64,000 bases of DNA, taken from Holophagaceae bacterium (GTDB taxonomy: Bacteria > Acidobacteriota > Holophagae > Holophagales > Holophagaceae). Where the stretch lies: the NCBI GenBank assembly GCA_013334395.1, contig JAAXXS010000003.1, positions 10,965 to 74,964 of the forward strand, read 5' to 3'. A program made the translations under genes and the position numbers. Below the pieces are notes generated by a model that saw only the letters and a program-made list of their open reading frames with translations, did not search any database and had not been told where the DNA came from. Numbering within the stretch: the stretch's first letter is position 1; every line of letters starts with the position of its first letter. Below, piece by piece: positions 60,302-64,000 of this stretch.

Positions 60302-62224
60302 CTACGCCCGGAGCCTCGCCCCCAGGGACTCGGCTGCAACCAGCGCCGCCGCCACCCAGCCATCGACCTCGTCACCGACCAGGGTCCGGTCCGCCTGGAA
60401 GCGCATGCGGAGGAGCCAGGCCTGCTGGCCTTCCGGCAGGCTCTTGTGCCGGAACACATCCACACAGCGGAGCTCCAGCAGGCTGCCGGCGGGCAGGGCC
60501 GCCGACATGGCCTGATGCAGGGCCGCGTAGGACTGGCCCAGGTCCACCAGGAGGGACAGGTCCCGCTCCACCGAGGGGAACCGGCTGAAGGGCCGGAAGA
60601 CCGGGATGATCCGGTCCTGGGGCCGAGGCAGGGCCTCCAACTCAATCTCGAAGCCGAAGAGCCCATCGGCCAGCCGGTGGATGGTGGGGAGGCCCGGGAG
60701 CTCCAGGTCGCGGGCCAGCCCGGCGAGGTCGGCCTCCAGCACCGCCCGGGCGGGGCTGAGGTAGTCTTCGCCGCCCAGGACGCCGCCCCACACCGCCGCC
60801 AGGGCCACCTGCTCCAGGGGACCCGCAGGGGTGCTGCGGTAGGCCGGTGCGAGCTCGAAGAGCTGGACCAGCCTGGAGCCCTGGCGCAGGTTCTGCTCCG
60901 CCGTGGTCTTGAGGCTGGGCAGGAGGGAGGCCCGCAGGACGGAATACTCGTAGCCCAGGGGGTTGGCCAGGGTGCGCCCGGCCGCCGGATTGTCCGCACT
61001 GGCGAAGAGGGCGTCGGCCTCGGGGCTGATGAATCCATAGGTCACGGTCTGGTGGAAGCCCAGCTGGGCCAGCCGACGCGCCACCCGCTGCCGCAGGAGG
61101 TAGGCGGGTGCGAGGTGCTCGGGTGGCCCCTCCATGGGCGGGAGCACCGAGGGGAGGTGCTCGTAGCCCCGCAGGCGCAGGACTTCCTCGGCGAGGTCCT
61201 CGGCGATGGCCAGGTCATGCCGCCAGGTGGGGGACACGACGCGGAGTCGATCGCCCGCAGCTGTCACGGCGCAGCCCAGCCGGGTCAGCGCCTCCTGGGC
61301 AGCCTCGAGGGTGACGATCTCGCCCGCCACGCGGGCAAGCAGGGCCATCTCCAGCTCCACTGGCGCCGCGGGTACAGGCACTGCCCCTGCGGTCCAGGCG
61401 CCGATCAGCTTCGCCTGGCACCAGGCCTGGAGGCGCGCCACCAGCAGGTCGCGGGCAACCCGGGCCATGGCGGGATCCGCGCCGCGGCCGAAGCGGTGCG
61501 AGGCGTCCGTGTGCAGGCTGTGGCGGCGGGCCGTGGCCCGCACCACCTTCGGCTCGAACCAGGCGCTCTCCAGTAGCACGCGGCGCGTGGCCTCGGTCAC
61601 CTTGGTGCGGTCGCCACCCATGACACCCGCGAGGGCGATGGGACCGGCCTCGTCGGCGATGAGGAGGTCGCGCTCCATGAGGGTCCGGGTGACTCCGTCC
61701 AGGGTCACCAGGGTCTCCCCGGCCTTCGCCCAGCGCACCGCGACGGCACCGCGGATGGCGTCCGCATCGAAGGCGTGCGTGGGATGGCCGTAGCGGAGCA
61801 GGAGCTCATTGGACGCATCAACCGCCGGCAGGCGCTTCGGGCTGGCCTCCAGAGCCCGCAGGAAGGACTGGGCGACCTCGGGGGTGACCCCCTCGCCAAG
61901 CGCCAGCACGGCCGTGGCATAGATGGGACAGGCCTCAGCCTCAAGCCGCACCGGGACCAGCGCCGCACCTTCGGAGACCAAGCCAGTGGCGATGGGCGCG
62001 AGGGGCTGCTGCAGCTTTGCTGCGAGCTCGCGGGCGATGCCCCGATGGGACATGGCGTCCCCGCGGTTGGCGGTGATGTCCACATCCAGCGCCTCGGTGC
62101 CCTCAAGGGTGGCCACCCCATCCACGGGGAAGCCGAGGGCGGCCAGGACCTCACAGAGCTGGCGCGTGTCGAGCTCTGCGGAAGCCGGAATCTCCTGGGC
62201 CAGGACCTTGCGTTCGATCCACAT
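60302..62224 (-). CDS. pheT: Phenylalanine--tRNA ligase beta subunit (short, 640 aa)
   Basis: ITANRGD..S.RGIARE, LESAWF, RFGRG, DLAEEV.R..GY and FPSVERDLS; ATGA overlap with pheS. Confidence 0.95.
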   Translation of the reverse strand: MWIERKVLAQEIPASAELDTRQLCEVLAALGFPVDGVATLEGTEALDVDITANRGDAMSHRGIARELAAKLQQPLAPIATGLVSEGAALVPVRLEAEACPIYATAVLALGEGVTPEVAQSFLRALEASPKRLPAVDASNELLLRYGHPTHAFDADAIRGAVAVRWAKAGETLVTLDGVTRTLMERDLLIADEAGPIALAGVMGGDRTKVTEATRRVLLESAWFEPKVVRATARRHSLHTDASHRFGRGADPAMARVARDLLVARLQAWCQAKLIGAWTAGAVPVPAAPVELEMALLARVAGEIVTLEAAQEALTRLGCAVTAAGDRLRVVSPTWRHDLAIAEDLAEEVLRLRGYEHLPSVLPPMEGPPEHLAPAYLLRQRVARRLAQLGFHQTVTYGFISPEADALFASADNPAAGRTLANPLGYEYSVLRASLLPSLKTTAEQNLRQGSRLVQLFELAPAYRSTPAGPLEQVALAAVWGGVLGGEDYLSPARAVLEADLAGLARDLELPGLPTIHRLADGLFGFEIELEALPRPQDRIIPVFRPFSRFPSVERDLSLLVDLGQSYAALHQAMSAALPAGSLLELRCVDVFRHKSLPEGQQAWLLRMRFQADRTLVGDEVDGWVAAALVAAESLGARLRA

Positions 62225-63294
62225 CAGTCGAGCCCTCCCATGGCCTTGAGGAAGCGCTGGTCGTTCTCGAAGAACAGGCGCAGATCCGGTGTCTGGCTGA
62301 GCATCATGGCCATGCGCTCGACGCCCATGCCGAAGGCCCAGCCGGACCACTCCTTGGGATCAATGCCCGCATAGGCCAGCACGTTCGGATGGATGAGGCC
62401 GGCGCCAAGGATCTCGACCCAGCCCGAGCCCTTGCACACCCGGCAGCCCCGGGCGCCGCAGAGCGGGCAGCTCACGTCCACTTCGCAACCGGGCTCCACG
62501 AAGGGGAAGTAGGAGGGCCGCAGGCGGATCTCCGTGTCCGGTCCGAACAGGGCGCGCAGCGCGTACTCCAGTGTCCCCTTCAGGTGCTGCATGCCGATGC
62601 CGTGGCCCACGAGCATGCCCTCCACCTGGTGGAACATGGGGCTGTGGGTGGGATCGATCTCATCCTTGCGGTAGACGCGGCCCGGCGCGAGGAAGCGGAT
62701 GCCGCCGCGCGCGGCGAGGTCCGGTGCCACCCGCAGCAGGGTTCGGACCTGCACAGGGCTGGTGTGCGTGCGCAGCAGCAGCTCGGGATGCGCCGCGAGG
62801 TAGAACGTGTCGGAGCTGGCCTTGGCGGGGTGGTCCTCGGGGATGTTCAGGCCGTCGAAGTTGTGGGCTTCGGTCTCGACTTCGGGACCTTCCTCGACGT
62901 GGAAGCCCATGGGCCGGAAGACCTCCACCAATCGGTCCATGAGGCGGTTCAGGGGATGCAGCGCACCACGCGGCGGCTGGGGCGGCGGCAGGGCGGGATC
63001 CCAGGTGGCCGCGAGGGCCCCGAGCTTCCGTTTGGCAGCCTCAAGCTCCGCCTGGCGGGCCTTGAGACCTTCCTCCCACTGCTGCTTGAGGCCGTTGATG
63101 GCCGCGCCCAGCTCTCGCTTCTGTTCCTTTGGCGCCGTCTTGAGCAGCTCCATGAGGCGGGTCGCGTGGCTGGCCTCGCGGCCCACGAAGGCGCCCTTCA
63201 GGCGCAGCAGGGCATCCAGGTCGCCGCAGGCGGCCAGCGCGGCGGGGAAGGTTTGGCCCGCCTCGACGATTTCAGGCGGCAGCAGCTGATCCAT
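62224..63294 (-). CDS. pheS: Phenylalanine--tRNA ligase alpha subunit
   Basis: LLRTHTSPVQ, THSPMFHQVEG, RPSYFPFVEP and FGMGVER motifs. Confidence 0.97.
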   Translation of the reverse strand: MDQLLPPEIVEAGQTFPAALAACGDLDALLRLKGAFVGREASHATRLMELLKTAPKEQKRELGAAINGLKQQWEEGLKARQAELEAAKRKLGALAATWDPALPPPQPPRGALHPLNRLMDRLVEVFRPMGFHVEEGPEVETEAHNFDGLNIPEDHPAKASSDTFYLAAHPELLLRTHTSPVQVRTLLRVAPDLAARGGIRFLAPGRVYRKDEIDPTHSPMFHQVEGMLVGHGIGMQHLKGTLEYALRALFGPDTEIRLRPSYFPFVEPGCEVDVSCPLCGARGCRVCKGSGWVEILGAGLIHPNVLAYAGIDPKEWSGWAFGMGVERMAMMLSQTPDLRLFFENDQRFLKAMGGLD

Positions 63295-63374
63295 GGAGCC
63301 CTCGACTGGTGGTTCAGAACAGAGAAAGGCCGCTCACGCGGCCTTTCGGGTGTCTGCGACGTGCTGCTTCGCGT

Positions 63375-63722
63375 TCAGCCCTTGGCCACGGCCACGAGCT
63401 TGGTAAACGCCTCGGGATTGCGAACGGCGAGATCCGCAAGGATCTTGCGGTCCAGGTCCACGGACGCCTTCTTCAGGCCGCCCATGAACTTCGAGTAGCT
63501 GGTGCCGTTCTGGCCGCAGGCGGCGCTGATGCGGACCACCCACAGGCGACGGAAGTCGCGCTTCTTGACCTTGCGGTCACGGTAGCCGTAGCCGAGCGCC
63601 TTCTCGACCGCTTCCTTGGCGGAGCGGTACAGGCGGGACTTGGCGCCGTAGAAGCCCTTCGCGAACTTCATCATGCGCTTGCGGCGCTGGGCACGTTTAA
63701 AACCGCGTTTTACGCGAGTCAT
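63375..63722 (-). CDS. rplT: 50S ribosomal protein L20
   Basis: MTRVKRG; [17 protein letters not shown]; [10 protein letters not shown]. Confidence 0.98.
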   Translation of the reverse strand: MTRVKRGFKRAQRRKRMMKFAKGFYGAKSRLYRSAKEAVEKALGYGYRDRKVKKRDFRRLWVVRISAACGQNGTSYSKFMGGLKKASVDLDRKILADLAVRNPEAFTKLVAVAKG

Positions 63723-63901
63723 GTTGGATCCTTTCCTCGAGGCAGCGCGTCCGGAAATGGGCGGGCTTTAGGGGCCTCATCGGGGGTGGCAGCAGCCACC
63801 GGGTTGAACCGTCGGCGTGAGCGCCGAAGGCGAAAAAGGTAAAACCACGCGCAAGCTGCGCTTGCGCGGTTACGGGGTTCCCGAGGGAACCCCGCGGGAA
63901 A

Positions 63902-64000
63902 TCACGCGTAGGGCAGCATCGCCATCACGGCCTTCTGATCGGCCTTGGAGACCATGCGGCCCATGTCGAGCTGGCGCTTCCGCTTGGCGGTCTTCTTGGT
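63902..64000 (-). CDS. rpmI: 50S ribosomal protein L35 (5' partial, C-terminal part only)
   Basis: Manual translation ...TKKTAKRKRQL...MLPYA*; lies upstream of rplT. Confidence 0.92.
   Translation of the reverse strand, partial: TKKTAKRKRQLDMGRMVSKADQKAVMAMLPYA

Overview
This is a GC-rich bacterial chromosomal segment. Gene content and protein sequences suggest an Acidobacteriota/Holophagae (Geothrix-like) anaerobe, but that assignment is inference. About 18 kb (10486-28402, minus strand) holds the str, S10, spc and alpha ribosomal protein superoperon. It lacks tuf and has a 383-nt hairpin-rich insert between rplX and rplE. Housekeeping genes include punA, acs, glutamine synthetase III, nadA, class II DAHP synthase, an EF-P-family gene, rsgA, purH, alaS, rny, a 6S RNA, zapA/zapB-like genes, pheST, rplT and partial rpmI. 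The most interesting accessory block is 49237-57817. There, a putative four-gene operon encodes a lipoprotein multiheme cytochrome (16 CxxCH plus 6 non-canonical CXnCH motifs, up to CX14CH), a monoheme cytochrome c, a small outer-membrane beta-barrel, and a membrane protein fused to a C-terminal heme-c domain. It is divergent from a beta-propeller/Y_Y_Y sensor kinase and NarL-type regulator, across an operator-like palindrome. This is a candidate non-MtrAB extracellular electron transfer system. Other oddities are a lipoprotein resembling a gluzincin that has lost HExxH, an EfpL-type EF-P loop, an RsgA lacking its zinc knuckle, a PheT lacking B2, an orphan short NuoG, and a family of intergenic hairpins capped by GCGCAGC. 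I found no rRNA, tRNA, CRISPR array or transposase.
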